Source: Eledone cirrhosa (Eukaryota). Taken from it: a DNA stretch of 64,000 nt. A program made the position numbers and the translations under genes. The stretch covers positions 19,468,001 through 19,532,000 of the forward strand of contig OZ024747.1 of assembly GCA_964016885.1 (NCBI GenBank). Reading direction: 5' to 3'. Of this stretch, positions 1 through 14,146 are shown piece by piece. Position 1 is the stretch's first letter, and the number at the start of each line of letters is the position of its first letter. The notes beneath the pieces are model-generated. The model made no database searches, had not been told where the DNA came from, and saw nothing but the letters and a program-made list of their open reading frames with translations.

Positions 1-281
1 ACTCTACATCAGACTATAGGTGAGGAAGATGAAAGACCAAGGGAGCACCCCTTCTCTGTGCTCCTGAGGAGAAGGGTTGCACACTTTTTTCGGGGGTGTG
101 TGCGACCCCCCAAGGCGCCTCCTCTCTATTGAGGATTTTGTTAAAAATTTTATTTTTTGTTATATCTTATTTTATTTTTATATTTTGTTATTGCCTTCTC
201 CTTATTGAGGACGCCTTTTTGTGTAAACTCCCCCCTTTGTACTTGTCCCACTTTTGATGCCCTAGTGGCAAATAAAAGAAA
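1..281 (+). mobile_element. 3' end (last ORF2 codons + 3'UTR) of a Tx1-group LINE, diverged copy A
   Basis: Begins ctctacatcagactatag (LYIRL*), matching the ORF2 end at 9880-9897; same hairpin-rich UTR, AATAAA at 271-276, then (ATCT)n. Confidence 0.8.
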
Positions 282-311
282 TATATCTATCTTTGTATCT
301 ATCTATCTATC

Positions 312-359
312 TTTGTATTTGTCCCCTTCTTTTGTGCGCCTGTGGCTAATAAAGAAACA

Positions 360-430
<71 letters not shown>
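312..430 (+). mobile_element. Very short Tx1-group 3' terminus (copy B) with (ATCT)n tail
   Basis: tttgtatttgtccccttcttttgtgcgcctgtggctaataaa closely matches 10083-10124 and is followed by an ATCT array. Confidence 0.75.
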
Positions 431-432
<2 letters not shown>

Positions 433-672
433 GTAGGTTGAGGAAGATAAATAGAGGGAAGACGGGAACACCTACAAAACATGTTCCTGGTGTTGAGGGT
501 TGTTCTATCCACGGGGGTGTAAAACAACCCCGCAGTAGCGTTACCCCCTAATGGGGATTTCAATTGTTTTATTTTTATATAATTTATTGTTATTTATTAT
601 TGTTAAAGAATTTATGTAAAACCCCCGTTGCCACGTCTTGTAATGTCCCATTTTTGTATGCCTCTGTGGCAA
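431..672 (+). mobile_element. Tx1-group 3'UTR, diverged copy C
   Basis: ctgtaggttgaggaa start and ggggatttcaattgtt motif are shared with 9892-10030; ends gtggcaatatct. Confidence 0.75.
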
Positions 673-1052
673 TATCTACCCTTACACTGAAGCTTTGCTT
701 GTATCTTAATAGCTGACTAAAATATAATCTATCTTAAACCTGTTTAAAGAAGACTGATCGGAGACATAACAATAAAAACAATACAATTAACAAGAATAAC
801 ATAACCACTGTCAACACAAACAATGACTCAGTTCACACCATCAGCAACACTATAACCAAAACAACCAGCAACATGGCAACTACCAGTTTACCAACATGTA
901 AATCACCAACGAACACAGCACTAACAGCAACGTCTCTGAAGCTTATTAGTTTCTATGTCAATCAGCACCACAAAATTGGCTTCTGATGTCCATGTGTGTA
1001 ATTGTGTGTATATGTGTGTGCATGTGTGTTTATGTGTGTGTGTGTGCGCGTG

Positions 1053-1086
<34 letters not shown>

Positions 1087-1524
1087 AGAGAGAGAGAGAG
1101 AAATGATTGGAGAATTTATGGTTTAGTAACTTAGTAAGAGGCAGAAGGGAGATTTTCCCATGATTCTTTTCACATAATTGATCTACTATCTGAAAGGACT
1201 TGATTTTTGTTATCAAAGCCAGAAACTAAAAGATCCTCTGATTTTTCTTTGGGCAAGATGAGCTTAAACCGCATATTAGTGCATCACTCCCAAACCCTAA
1301 GATCTTACAAGGGTTACGCTTTGTTTAAAATAAGAAGACGTAGATGGTTAAAGACCTTTTTGACGACTGGGTTACAAACATGTTTTGTTCTGCTGCAGAA
1401 ATGTATAGTACTAGTCGTAATATTTCTAAGAAAGCATCACCTATTTTTGAAAATGCAAGAAACCACTCAGTGAACATAAATAGGCTTTCACCTACAAATA
1501 AATAAGCGCGTGATAGCTAAATTC

Positions 1525-1612
<88 letters not shown>

Positions 1613-2113
1613 AAGAAAATAATTCGTGGGGTAATAAATCAACAATTAAAGATACCTGGAAAAGGATCAACCTCATGTATGCTGTAGATGAAAAAGCATG
1701 TGTCTAAAATGATGAAGTATAGACCAGAAGTTAGTGTACCTCATTCTTCTAGAAAATTCACTTTACCACCTCACTCCACACAACAGTCAATGACTTTTGA
1801 TGAGCGAACATACTCTATTACGATATTGTAAGTCAAAGATATTCCTTTACGTATTTCGCTTCAAATAATTTAGTAAACATATACTATACTTGTAATGTGT
1901 ATGTTTAAAAATTGTTACTTCATGCATATTATGTTTTGCGACGTAACTCTTCCGTTACAGGAGGGATATGTATATTGGTAAATAGGCGTACACACTGAGC
2001 AAAGAATAATGGTGGTGCGTGTGTGTACGCATGTGTGTGAGTGAGTGTTTGTGACCGTGTGAGTAAAAGAGAGAGAGAGAGATATGTGTATATATATATA
2101 AATATAAATATAA

Positions 2114-2174
<61 letters not shown>

Positions 2175-2722
2175 CAGAGAGAGAGAGAGAGGGGAGGGGA
2201 GGGGGAGAAGAGAGATGATGAAGGAGCGGGGGGGGGGGGGGAGTAGTAGGAGATATTAATGAAGGTTCGGAAGGAAGCCATATTTGATTCAGTTGAATAA
2301 ATACAGGCATTAAAATAAATTCCACAAAACATACGTGTAGCATCACAAGATCGATGGAATGTCTTCAAGATATTGGGGACCTGTCATGAGAATGACATGC
2401 GATCTATGTTTCGAAGGTTTACAATCAACAGTGATGCCTGAAGTTTTTAAAAATGATACTGTATCTTTCTATTACTATTACTAAATTTTGTGCATATCAA
2501 TAATTGATGTTTCGTGAATTTAACTTATTTGCCTCATTGTATCTTTTTTATTATTACTTTTGCTTTCCAACCCACTCATTTTCTCACTCTTTCTTTCTGT
2601 CGTTCTCTCTCCCTCTTTCTCTCTCTCTCTCTAAACAATTCGGTACTTCTCTTCCTCTAAGTGTTTAAGTGTGTACGAAAGTAAATTGATTATATATGCT
2701 TATAAAACACACATCCCACACA

Positions 2723-2772
<50 letters not shown>

Positions 2773-2816
2773 ACTATCTATATATCTATATAATATATAT
2801 ATATATATACCCTCAT

Positions 2817-2867
<51 letters not shown>

Positions 2868-2920
2868 GTAATAATAATAAATTTGAAGACTAAAATCCAA
2901 ACTTTAATGTTATTTTAATA
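2868..2920. mobile_element. ~52-bp mini derivative of the terminal repeat of the PLE at 39.7-42.2 kb
   Basis: gtaataataataaatttgaagactaaaatccaaa is the reverse complement of ~42197-42230, fused to aaactttaat(ct)gttattttaata = 42116-42139; (TA)n on both sides. Confidence 0.8.
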
Positions 2921-3032
2921 TATATATATATAATTTTTAACTATTCATTCATATATATATATATCTATAGATGATGTTTCATGGAAATATAAATGTCAAT
3001 ACTTGATCAGAAATACGATACATTCTTTCACG

Positions 3033-3213
3033 TTTGTTGTTGTTGTTGTTGTTGCCGTTGCTGACGTCACTGTTGCTGCTGTTGCTGTTGTTGTTGTTGT
3101 TGTTGTTGCTGTCGTCACTGCTGCTGCTGCTGCTGCTGTTGTTGTTGTTGTTGTTGTTGCTGTTGTTGTTGTTGCTGTTGTTGTTGTTGTTGTTGTCGTC
3201 GCTGTTGTTGTTG
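3033..3213. repeat. (GTT/GCT)n trinucleotide array
   Basis: Seen directly; explains the poly-V and poly-L ORFs. Confidence 0.95.
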
Positions 3214-4112
3214 ATGGGTTATGGTTTAGGTGGGTAGCTGAAAGTTTTCCTAGGGGTTCATATTTTCTTGATTGGAAATCTGTCCAAGATTGAGAAGTCT
3301 CTTTCGTTTATAATCGAAGTTGCACAGTGGATCAGGGAATTTTGAATTAGTCAAACAGTTTGAAACGAAATACCAGTGTATGAAGTGACATTATAATAGA
3401 ATTGCTTGACTGAAACTTTGTCATTATATTCATAGCTGAATTCCAAGGATTTGTAATCAAATGCAGTAGGATAGAACGTAGCCGAGTTTTGTTTGTACCC
3501 TTTATGTACCTGCTGCTTGTGACAAGTGATGGTTTTTCAAATATTTTCACCTTTGCAACATTCTGAACAGACATTGTTTTCAGCCTCTAACTCATTGTTG
3601 TATTCATTCGGGTAAATTTCAATCATCCTGACACATCTCTGTACATTTTCTTCATATAAACAGTATTCTGAAGCACAACGTTTGTTTAAACGGACATTAC
3701 ATGTTTTGAATTCGTAACACAGTTATATTTAACCAAAATAGTGTCAGAAAAAGATTCCAGGTTTTAAACATCATTTTTGTAGGTCAGTTGGATATTTGTC
3801 AGCTTGTGTTATTTTATGAGAATTTTTGACGAATAGTTGTATTTTTATTTTATCGAACCTGAGTGAGATTGATGATATTATTAACAACAGTGAAATTTAC
3901 GTGGGTTAACATTTTAAGTTAAAAATTTGAGACGAAGCTAAATTCTTTGAAGAATAGTGGTTTAACACAAGTCGGAATTTTACAAATTCTTAAATGTTTG
4001 GCGGAAATATACTAGCCAAAGTAATACACGTAGATCTGTGCATGAAGTATTGGATGTGAAGTTCTGAGAAATGTCTTGCTGAATTAAAATAGATAAATTG
4101 GAATCGCGACTG

Positions 4113-4191
<79 letters not shown>

Positions 4192-4248
4192 TAAATATAT
4201 ATATATACACACACACATATATACATATATAGTGAGAGAGAGAGAGAG

Positions 4249-4288
<40 letters not shown>

Positions 4289-4290
4289 GG

Positions 4291-4349
<59 letters not shown>

Positions 4350-4489
4350 TGGCAAGACAGTGATTGACACAGACTGCTAAAAAGAAAGGAAGTTGGATTA
4401 TATGACAGAGAGAAATGTTTGATATGGGTTTCGAAGTACGAATATCGACCTTCAACAAACATCATGACAAATACATATATACATACATA

Positions 4490-4549
<60 letters not shown>

Positions 4550-4605
4550 CATCCATCTATACATGAATACATACGCACACACACACACACATATATATAT
4601 ATTAA

Positions 4606-4661
<56 letters not shown>

Positions 4662-4699
4662 TATAAATATATACATATATATATATGTATATATATACA

Positions 4700-4765
<66 letters not shown>

Positions 4766-4875
4766 CATATATATGTATATATATATACATCCATCTATAC
4801 ATACATACATACGCACACACACACACACACACACATACACACACACTCACACATATATATATATATTAATATATG

Positions 4876-4913
<38 letters not shown>

Positions 4914-4950
4914 TACATACGTATATACATATATATATGTATATATATAC

Positions 4951-4991
<41 letters not shown>

Positions 4992-5042
4992 ATATATATA
5001 CATATATACATATATACATATATATATATACATATATATATG

Positions 5043-5076
<34 letters not shown>

Positions 5077-5160
5077 CATATATATATAATATATATACAT
5101 ATATACATATATACATATATATATATACATATATATATGTATATATATATATATATATAT
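4113..5160. repeat. Compound (TA)/(CA)/(GA) microsatellite block with an internal ~240-bp duplication
   Basis: The unit catccatctatacat...acgcacacac...attaatatatgtat occurs at ~4549 and ~4788. Confidence 0.9.
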
Positions 5161-5265
5161 AGAGAAAATTGAGGTTGGTAATGGCACATGGAATATATAA
5201 GAGACAGAATACTTTTTTGTGAAAAAACATAATTTTATAAGGTAAGGAAATAATAAAGGGTATAA

Positions 5266-5313
5266 AAAATGACCGGTTTCGATGGGTCTGCAAAAGCCAT
5301 CTTTTCAAATGTT
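5266..5313 (-). ncRNA. Type I hammerhead-like motif with U3-A8 core, in a PLE-like terminal fragment (5162-~5330)
   Basis: Minus strand aacat-UUGAAAA-GAUGG..CCAUC-GAAAC-CG-GUC-auuuu; 5-bp stem II, palindromic stem III, weak stem I (4 of 5 bp). Confidence 0.55.
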
Positions 5314-5669
5314 GATTAATATTAAGAAGAATTAATAATACGAAGAGTTAAAATTTGAGACTTGAAAATTCAAGTATAAAATTCATTGTGGGATTTCATA
5401 GCAGTTTTCATCTAGGTAGCAACAACAGGTTGACTGCTGTGTCCCTTTCTGGTAGTGAATGAGAAGTTATTTGGGGTGTGGGTTATTTTATAAAGGTCAG
5501 ATTTAGCAATCACCAACTGGCCAGCTGCTGGTCAGTGAGGGGGTGGAAGCAATATACATACACATATCTTCCTGTGATGGGTAGGAGAGTGGAGCGTGAT
5601 AGAAAGGGATTTAGTGCACTTACACCTATATATACACACATACCTTCATCCACACATACATACATATAC

Positions 5670-5718
<49 letters not shown>

Positions 5719-6215
5719 CACACATACATACACACACACATACATATACATACACACATACACACACACACATATATACACATACACACATACATACACA
5801 CACACACACATATATATATATACACACACACACACCCCCACACATACATACACACACACATATATATATACATACACACATACAAACATACACACACACA
5901 TATATATACACACATACACACACATATATATACACACACACACACACACACGCATATATATATACACATACGCATACATCCAGATACCCACATACATACA
6001 CACACACACACACACACGCACACACAATACATACATCCACATGCACACACATACACACACACACACATATACACATACATACACCCACACACAGAGAAAT
6101 GGCCTTCAAATATATATATATATATATATACATACAGACACATATATTTTTTCCATAATATAAGAAGTTGGGGCAGTGAAATTAAAATACAAGTCATTCT
6201 GATCACATTGAGTTC

Positions 6216-6287
<72 letters not shown>

Positions 6288-6617
6288 TATATATATGCCT
6301 GCCTGTGTGTGTGTGTGTGTGTGTGTGCGTGTAACATACTCATGCACCTAGATAATAAGGTTGTACATAGACGAAGTAGGCATTGATTGATCTCAGGAAA
6401 ATCACTTTCGTAACACATTGACTACTGTTACTCTCTATCAATGATGTAACTTATTGATCTGGTGTATTTGAAATCACCACGTTCGACTTTGAAATGTCAA
6501 TATAACTCACTTGCACCAACAACATCTCCACCTCAACAAGCATTATAACCTGAACGTTTCTCCTTCTTGTTCGTCTTATTGTTTCACCTCTCTGTCTCTA
6601 TGTATTGATGTATGACA

Positions 6618-6682
<65 letters not shown>

Positions 6683-6684
<2 letters not shown>

Positions 6685-6856
6685 ATTCTACAGGACTAGA
6701 ACTGTTTCATTCTTTAGAAATCATCAGGAATTGCGCCAGATTCCTGATGATTTCTAAAGAATGAAACAGTTCTATTCCTGTAGAATCTCATCTATATTAA
6801 CATTTTTATACTCTGCTATGTATTGAGTACCTTACTTACTGTGGTTACCTCCGATT
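6683..6856 (+). mobile_element. PLE-derived foldback element: arms 6683-6731 / 6740-6788, single-copy tail to ~6856
   Basis: Near-perfect 49-bp inverted repeat with an 8-nt loop, directly after (TA)n; contains an HHR. Confidence 0.8.
6738..6788 (+). ncRNA. Type I hammerhead ribozyme (mirror copy on minus strand 6683-6731)
   Basis: Stem I agattc/gaatct, core CUGAUGA, stem II ttc-taaa-gaa, GAAA, stem III ACAG/CUGU, triplet GUA. Confidence 0.85.
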
Positions 6857-9800
6857 CAAGCCGGTGGGGGACGAATGGAATCCTAGATGCACGTTGGGAC
6901 TATGTGGGAGCATGTCCCGATAGAGCGGGTCGGGGGAGAGGGGGGGGGGGATAACAGCCTCAAACAGTTAATCGGCCGATTTGAACTGACCGATATATAT
7001 CGACTAGATTTTCCGACTGTGCCACTGTGGACGTGGACTAATAATAGCGGAATATCTAGATCGTACCTAGATAGGGTTCTAGTTAGAAAGAAGGATAGGG
7101 ATATGTTAAGCTGTTCACAAATGTTCATGGTTGCCTATTCAGATCACAAATTAGTAACCTGCTTAGTCAATCTTGACAAAACCCATAGACAGGGATCCGG
7201 GTACTGGAAACTGAACTTGTCGTTACCGACATGCAAGGCCTACAGTAGACGGATTAGCACTTTAGTTAAGCAGCACTTCACGGGGGCCATTGTCAACAAC
7301 AGATGGTGGTACTCTCTCAAGAGGGCAGTTAGATTAGACTCGATAGGTTTTAGTAAATAATTAGTGTTAGATAGAACTAAAACCGAAAAGGAACAGGCAG
7401 ATAAAGTAGAAGAGGCACTTAGGAGTGGCAACGTAGCCAGCGTGCTAGCAACGAGAACGGCTTTGGACCAGTTCTTCGACGCAAAGCATGAAGGCTGCGT
7501 TGTCAGAAGCAAAATACGTGCTCTGGGAAACGAGGGAGCCAAAGCTGTTAGCTGGGCCCGAGTAACGGAGGCGAAAAGTGGCAATAAGTCCACGATTCGG
7601 TCTTTGAAGGACCAAGACGGACGCGTGATACGTGAGCCGAAGCAGATGTACGCGGCCTTTCAGCGGCACTTTGCTCAACTGTTCGGGCAGGGCGGCGCGC
7701 CGGAGGGGCTATGGATTTCGGTCCATACCTCGACGGCCTACCGCGACTCTCGGACAGCGAGGCGAAGTTTTGCGAAAGGCCGATTTCGGCCGCTGAGATA
7801 GGGGAGGCGCTGAGCCAATGCGGCAAACGCAAATCTCCAGGTCTGGAGGTCTACTCTACGAATTTTACGTAGCAATGCCAGACTTGTTCTCCGGTCTCCT
7901 GGAAGCGGTCTACTGCAACTGGCAGCAGAACGGGAGAATTGTCAGTTCTGTGACCAAGGGCGTAGTCACGTTAGTCAGGAAGGACGATAATAAGGGGGAT
8001 GACATAGGCAACTTACGGCCCATAACTCTGTTAAAAACATTGTTACAGATTTCGGCCAAGGTGTTGGCAAAGAGGCTGGCGCTTGTCGTCGAAAACCTGG
8101 TGGGAGAAGCGCAGTCATGAGCAATCCCGACCAGGTCCATACAAGACAACCTCCACCTCATGCGATACATAATAGAGAGGGTAGGGTGTAAACCTGACTT
8201 CGGTGGGGCCCTCATAAACTTGGATCAGTCTAAGGCTTTCGATAGGGTTGATCATCGTTACCTGGATGCGGTGCTCGAGGCGGCAGGCTTCGGACCCGTG
8301 TTCAGGGGCTGGATTGATGCAATGCACAGCAGCAACATCTGCTCAAGAGTCAAAGTGAACGGCTACCTCTCGGAGCCGTTCCATATCACGCGATCCATCC
8401 GACAGGGATGCCCTCTCTCCTCCCTTCTGTACGTACTGACTCTCGAGCCAACTGCGGAAACTGGAGCTATTGCACGGCATCCCTTTGGAACCGGGACTGC
8501 GAAAAGCGGCGTCGCTCTACGCCGACGACGTGACAGTAAAGGTGTCGAGCACCTCGCAAATCGGGGAGGTCGGCACCTTACTGGAGGAATACGAAAGGTT
8601 CACAGGAACGAGGCTGAACCGGGACAAATCCGTCGGTTTGCAACTCGGAACGTGGAGAGGCAAACCGATGCCTTCCGATGGCGTCGTCGGGCGCTGGACG
8701 GAAGGACCGGTAAAGCTGCTCGGGGTCTGGTTTGGTCCGGACCTCCAGGTGGAGAAGAACTGGAGCGAGGTGACGGCCAAGGTGTTTGCGCTCACCCAGA
8801 AGTGGGCCGAGTGCAAACTATCCTTGAAAGGTCGAGCGGAGATGGCGAACACTTTTATAGCGTCCGTCATCTACTACCGCTTGACCGTCGTGCCTTGTCC
8901 AGCCAAAACGCTCACCAAAATGGAGCGCTCTCTTCCAATTCCTTTGGAAGAAACGGGCTCCTTTGGTGAGAAGATCCATCTGCTGCAAACACCCTTCAAG
9001 CGGAGGGTGGGGATGCCGTGGCTGACGATGCGCAAACACGCGCTCAGGCTGCGGCACCTCCACGTATTCCTCACCGGACAACCGGTGTGGGACTCGTTCG
9101 CGAGGCGAGCCTTCCCACGACTCATCTCGCTGACCGAGCTGCAGTCCTATGTCAAGCAAAGAACGAGGAAAATGGGCGACTGGCATATCGAATGTGCTCA
9201 GGCGTTCACAGTCCTCTGGCAAACGGACCTGGTGATCAGTGGAGACTCCACTTCGACATTCTATAGAGGGTTGGTCCACAGAAAGTGCGACGACGCGCTC
9301 GGAGAAACTCTAGGCGTAGAGGAAGACGAACTGGCCAGTCTGTTCGGTAGGACCTTCCGCCCGGGACCAATGGACAACTTCCCAAAGTCCCTGGCCTGGC
9401 AGTGCTACCGAGGAGCTCTACCAGTTCGAGACAAGCTCTACAGACACGGGCGCCCATGCAGGGACCCTTCGAAAAAGATCTGTCCGAGATGCGTGCGCGA
9501 CGAGGAAACCGTCGCGCACGCATTTGTACACTGCGCGGGCGTTACCGACCTGTGGGGCTATGCAGAATGACTGTTGTCGTGGGTGGGACCAATCCAGTTG
9601 ACCACCGAGTCCATTGTCATGATCAAACCGCCACTCTCCTTCAAAAACGAGGGAGAGGCGGTTTTCATATGTGTTATGACTATGGTGAAAGAGGTTATAT
9701 GGTGGACGAGGTTAAAAGGGCTGAGGTCAGACACCTTTCTCTCCGGCGAAAAACTGATTCGTTTTTTCAAATATCATTTTGGAAGAAGAATCAGGATGGA

Positions 9801-10127
9801 GAGAGAGGTGCTGTACCCCAGCAAATTTTATAAAAGGTGGGTGAATGTGGCAAAGATGGCCCGAGTGGTTGGGCCTTCTCTCTATATAAGACTGTAGGTT
9901 GAGGAAAAAGAGGAAGAGAGGTAAGGAGTACTCACTCTTGGTGCTCCTGGAGTTGAGGGTTGTACATTTTTTCGGGGTGTGTACAACCCCTGTGTAACGC
10001 CTTCCCCCTATTGGGGATTTCAATTGTTATTTGTTATTTTATTAATAGTTTTATTTTCATATACCTGTATGTAAACTCCTCATTTGTATTTGTCCCCTTT
10101 TTTTGTGCCCTTGTGGCTAATAAATAC

Positions 10128-10190
<63 letters not shown>
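6857..10190 (+). mobile_element. 5'-truncated non-LTR retrotransposon, Tx1/L1 group; frameshifted ORF2 (APE C-terminal half, RT, C-terminal Cys/His finger), 3'UTR, (ATCT)n tail
   Basis: APE motifs YLDRVLV and YSDHKLV, GYWKLN; RT motifs NLRPITLL, LDQSKAFDRVDH, RQGCPLS, YADDV; CPRC...ETVAHAFVHC; stop at 9895-9897; AATAAA 10119-10124; several stops and frameshifts. Confidence 0.92.
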
Positions 10191-10192
<2 letters not shown>

Positions 10193-10594
10193 ATCTTGCC
10201 TTATCATATCTTATTTTATGTTATCTCTAATCTCGTATTTTCTCCTTTCTTATCTCATCTTACCTCTTATCTCATTTCACCTCTAATCTCATCTGACTTC
10301 ATCTCATTGCAAATCTCTAATTTAATCTCAAGATCTCCACTTACTACGCTGTCACCATCATAATTAATATACTTAACATTTCCTGTAGTAGTACTGTTGC
10401 ATTTATATGTTGAGTCATATTGTGGTAGAAATGGGATCAATTTCAATTGTAGTAGTAGTAGTTGTACTTATGCTTCTTTAGTCCCACATCATACCTCGTT
10501 GTTCAGGCCTATGCTGAAAAGCATTTCAGCAATAACAAGGCTATCTTGTTATATACTTAATATTACACTGAAAATTGCGCCATCGCTATTTCAA

Positions 10595-10772
10595 ATAATT
10601 GTTTCAACTTTTGGCACAAGGCCAGCAATTACCCAGCATTACTGGTACTTTATTTTATCGACCCCGTAAGGATGAAAGGCAAAGTTAACCTCGACTGGAT
10701 TTAAACTCAGACCGTAAAGGGACGTAACTATGCTGAAAAGCATGGCTTCCGACCCTCTACCGATACTGCCAA
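10595..10772 (-). mobile_element. tRNA-type SINE, family A
   Basis: B-box-like gagttcaaatcc, body gcctttcatccttacggggtcgataaaataaagtaccag, 3' end ggccttgtgccaaaag..gaaacaatt; about 13 copies in the window. Confidence 0.88.
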
Positions 10773-11823
10773 GGATGTGAACATTTCTAATTACCCAACT
10801 TCACCTATTACTAGTTCTCTGATTTCGAATTCTAATACCTCACCTAGTACACCAAACTGTCTCAAATCCTCTGACATTACTAATTATAGAGCAACACTTT
10901 CGAATGAATATTCTCTCTTAATCTAAAATGATCTAGTTCTCCAATTTCGGTTTAGAGCACTACGGAGAGATAGAAGTTACGGGACACTTTCACGAGAAAC
11001 ACGGGTTAATGATAGGCGATAATATATTCATTTAATAGCAAAGATATTCATATATGAGGTGTCTGTATTAGGGATTATCGAGCTTGGTTGACCTTAGCCT
11101 AAACCAAAGCACTAAGACAAACGAAACTCCATGTCATTATACATTTGGCGAGATTACATCATACAAATATTGTAGTAGTATAACAGGGAAGAGACACATA
11201 TGTCTAATGATCATTCAACTGTACAATGTGTATGAATTATACCAATATGTTATATCAATATGCATATCATATAAATTAAACATAAAAAAAGCTTTACACA
11301 AGGAACTTAATAGACATCCGTTTATTAACCAAATAGATGACGAAGATTTAAATGTTATATTGGAACAAAACCTACATTACAACAAACCTAATATTAAATT
11401 AGGTTTAGATAAAAGCTATAAAATCAGAAAATAGATACTTCCTTTCACGTAAAAACTACATTATATATTATAGTCAATAGTAACAGAAATAATATCATCA
11501 CTATTTTCAGTACGGTAATATCTAACACAACAAACATTAAAATAAATGGAAGGAGCATCACCATTCCATTATTATTATTTCTCTCTGCGTCTAATGATAA
11601 CTTCGATTTAGTTATAAGCTATAATCATCAAATAATATATCCATTCCTTTTAAGTAAAGCTATATTATATATTTGCGTCAATAACAACAAACATATAATA
11701 AGTACTTTATCAAATTCGATAACACTTATCAAATCCAACATTAGAATGCTATTTCATAACTCACCAGTATAGGAATTGGTAAAATAGCGCGTCATATGTT
11801 ATAGGGGTTCACCAGTTCATGAT

Positions 11824-11946
11824 TGGTTCACTGCATTGTCAGACACCACGCGTTGCAGCATAGAGTTACGGCACATTACGGTCTGAGTTCAAATCCCGAG
11901 AGTAATGCACTAGGGTGGAATCAATCGACTCTCTCCGTCCCCCAAA
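11824..11946 (+). mobile_element. Internally deleted, diverged SINE family A copy
   Basis: gcatagagttacggc...ctgagttcaaatcccg joined directly to agtaatgcact. Confidence 0.6.
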
Positions 11947-12018
11947 TAGTAGAAATCATTATTTTGTTGGTTGTAGACTTTGACCTATATAGCATTGGCA
12001 GATCACTCCCTAAACAAT

Positions 12019-12235
12019 TAACCATTAAACCGGCCAAATCCGGCCAGAATTCTCTCACCTCTTTTTATTCAAATCGGCAATAACCGGCCACTCATACTGA
12101 TGTTAAGTTATTGTTTTCCAAAAAATAATATCAAAATCTCATAGATTCGATATTATGTGAGATACTTATGTGAGATAAAGCCTTTACCATAAAAATACAA
12201 TAGTATATATAGAGTAATGTAAATGCTAAAGCGTA
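12019..12235. mobile_element. Possible MITE remnant
   Basis: ttaacc..aaaccggccaaatccggcc on the left and aatgctaaag on the right resemble a repeat I recall from octopus; the TIR match is poor. Confidence 0.25.
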
Positions 12236-12898
12236 GGAGAGTAAGGAAAGGTAATGATTCATCATAGTAAACACTGTCTTGAGAGGCGGTGAACCCTCAA
12301 TAACGTCGGTGAACCCTCAAGATAAAATGTTACAATTAATGATAAATATTATATTAATTTATCAACAGTAATTTATTATTTCATTCAGTTTGGTGTATTG
12401 AAATACACAAAGCTATATAAGAAGCACACAGGCGCATAAAGCATTAATACAAATACATATATACATACAAGTAAATACGTGTTTGCGTGCGTATCTGTGT
12501 GTGTGTGTGTGTGTGAGTATGTGTGTGTATCAGCGAATAGTAATCACTGGGAACCATAATTGAAATCAGGAAGAAAAAAAATCATATAATTTCTATTTAT
12601 TGAATACACTTTAATTTGTGCGTACAACACTATATGAGGTACTTTATACACTGATACAAGTACTTGTAGAACAATATATATATATACACATGTGTGTGTA
12701 TATACATTCATACATATATATAGATACATATATATAGATACACAATATATATATATATATATTTGTATATATATATGCTTATATATATTTATATGTATAT
12801 AAATATTTTATATATGTGTACTATATATATATATATATATATATAGTACACATTTATAAAATATTTAAAGTATATATAAAGTATGTGTATATTCATAC

Positions 12899-13011
<113 letters not shown>

Positions 13012-13124
13012 TTTATAAAGTATGTATGTATATTCATATATATATATTTTTTGCGTGGTTGATTATGCTGATTGGGAGAGGAAATGGTGTATATATTTTA
13101 TCAAATGATTCTATGGACATACTT

Positions 13125-13199
<75 letters not shown>

Positions 13200-13499
13200 T
13201 ACATATATAAAGTATGTATGTATGTATATTCATACACAAAAAACATTCCATTAGATGTATTCGAAATAATGTTCCTTTTGATTTCAAGTTTTAATAGGAA
13301 ATAATTTTTTTCCCTACATTTTGCAATGGAAAATATTTCGCTAAGAATTAATTATAAGCTTGTCAAAGCATTACGAGAGTTGCAGACGGTTAGAAACAAT
13401 AGTATACAAGTGTATGCCTCTTTTTCTCTCTCATTCTTTCTGTAATGTATGTATGTATGTATGTATGTATGTATGTATGTATGTATGTATGTATGTATG

Positions 13500-13530
<31 letters not shown>

Positions 13531-13658
13531 GTATATATATATATATATATGTATATATATGTATATATATATATGTATATATATGTATATATAATATATA
13601 TATATATATATGTGTATATATGTATATGTATTTATATATATATATATATATATATAGG

Positions 13659-13756
<98 letters not shown>

Positions 13757-13790
13757 TAATATATATATATATATATATAATATATATATA

Positions 13791-13830
<40 letters not shown>

Positions 13831-14026
13831 ATATATATATATATATGTAATATGTAATATATATATATATATATGTAATATATATATATATATGTATATA
13901 TATGTATATGTATTTATATATATATATATATATATAGGTATCTATATATATGTATGTATATATGTATACGCACAGGCTGACCCACTTGCACATACACACG
14001 TGCACACTCACACACATACATACACA

Positions 14027-14146
<120 letters not shown>

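Noticed and set aside
3003-3293. Poly-Val and poly-Leu membrane-protein-like ORFs
   Set aside because: Product of the (GTT/GCT)n array.
11084-11434. 116-aa ORF, with CYIGT in another frame, as a GIY-YIG remnant
   Set aside because: Upstream GIY and downstream Arg/Glu motifs are not recoverable.
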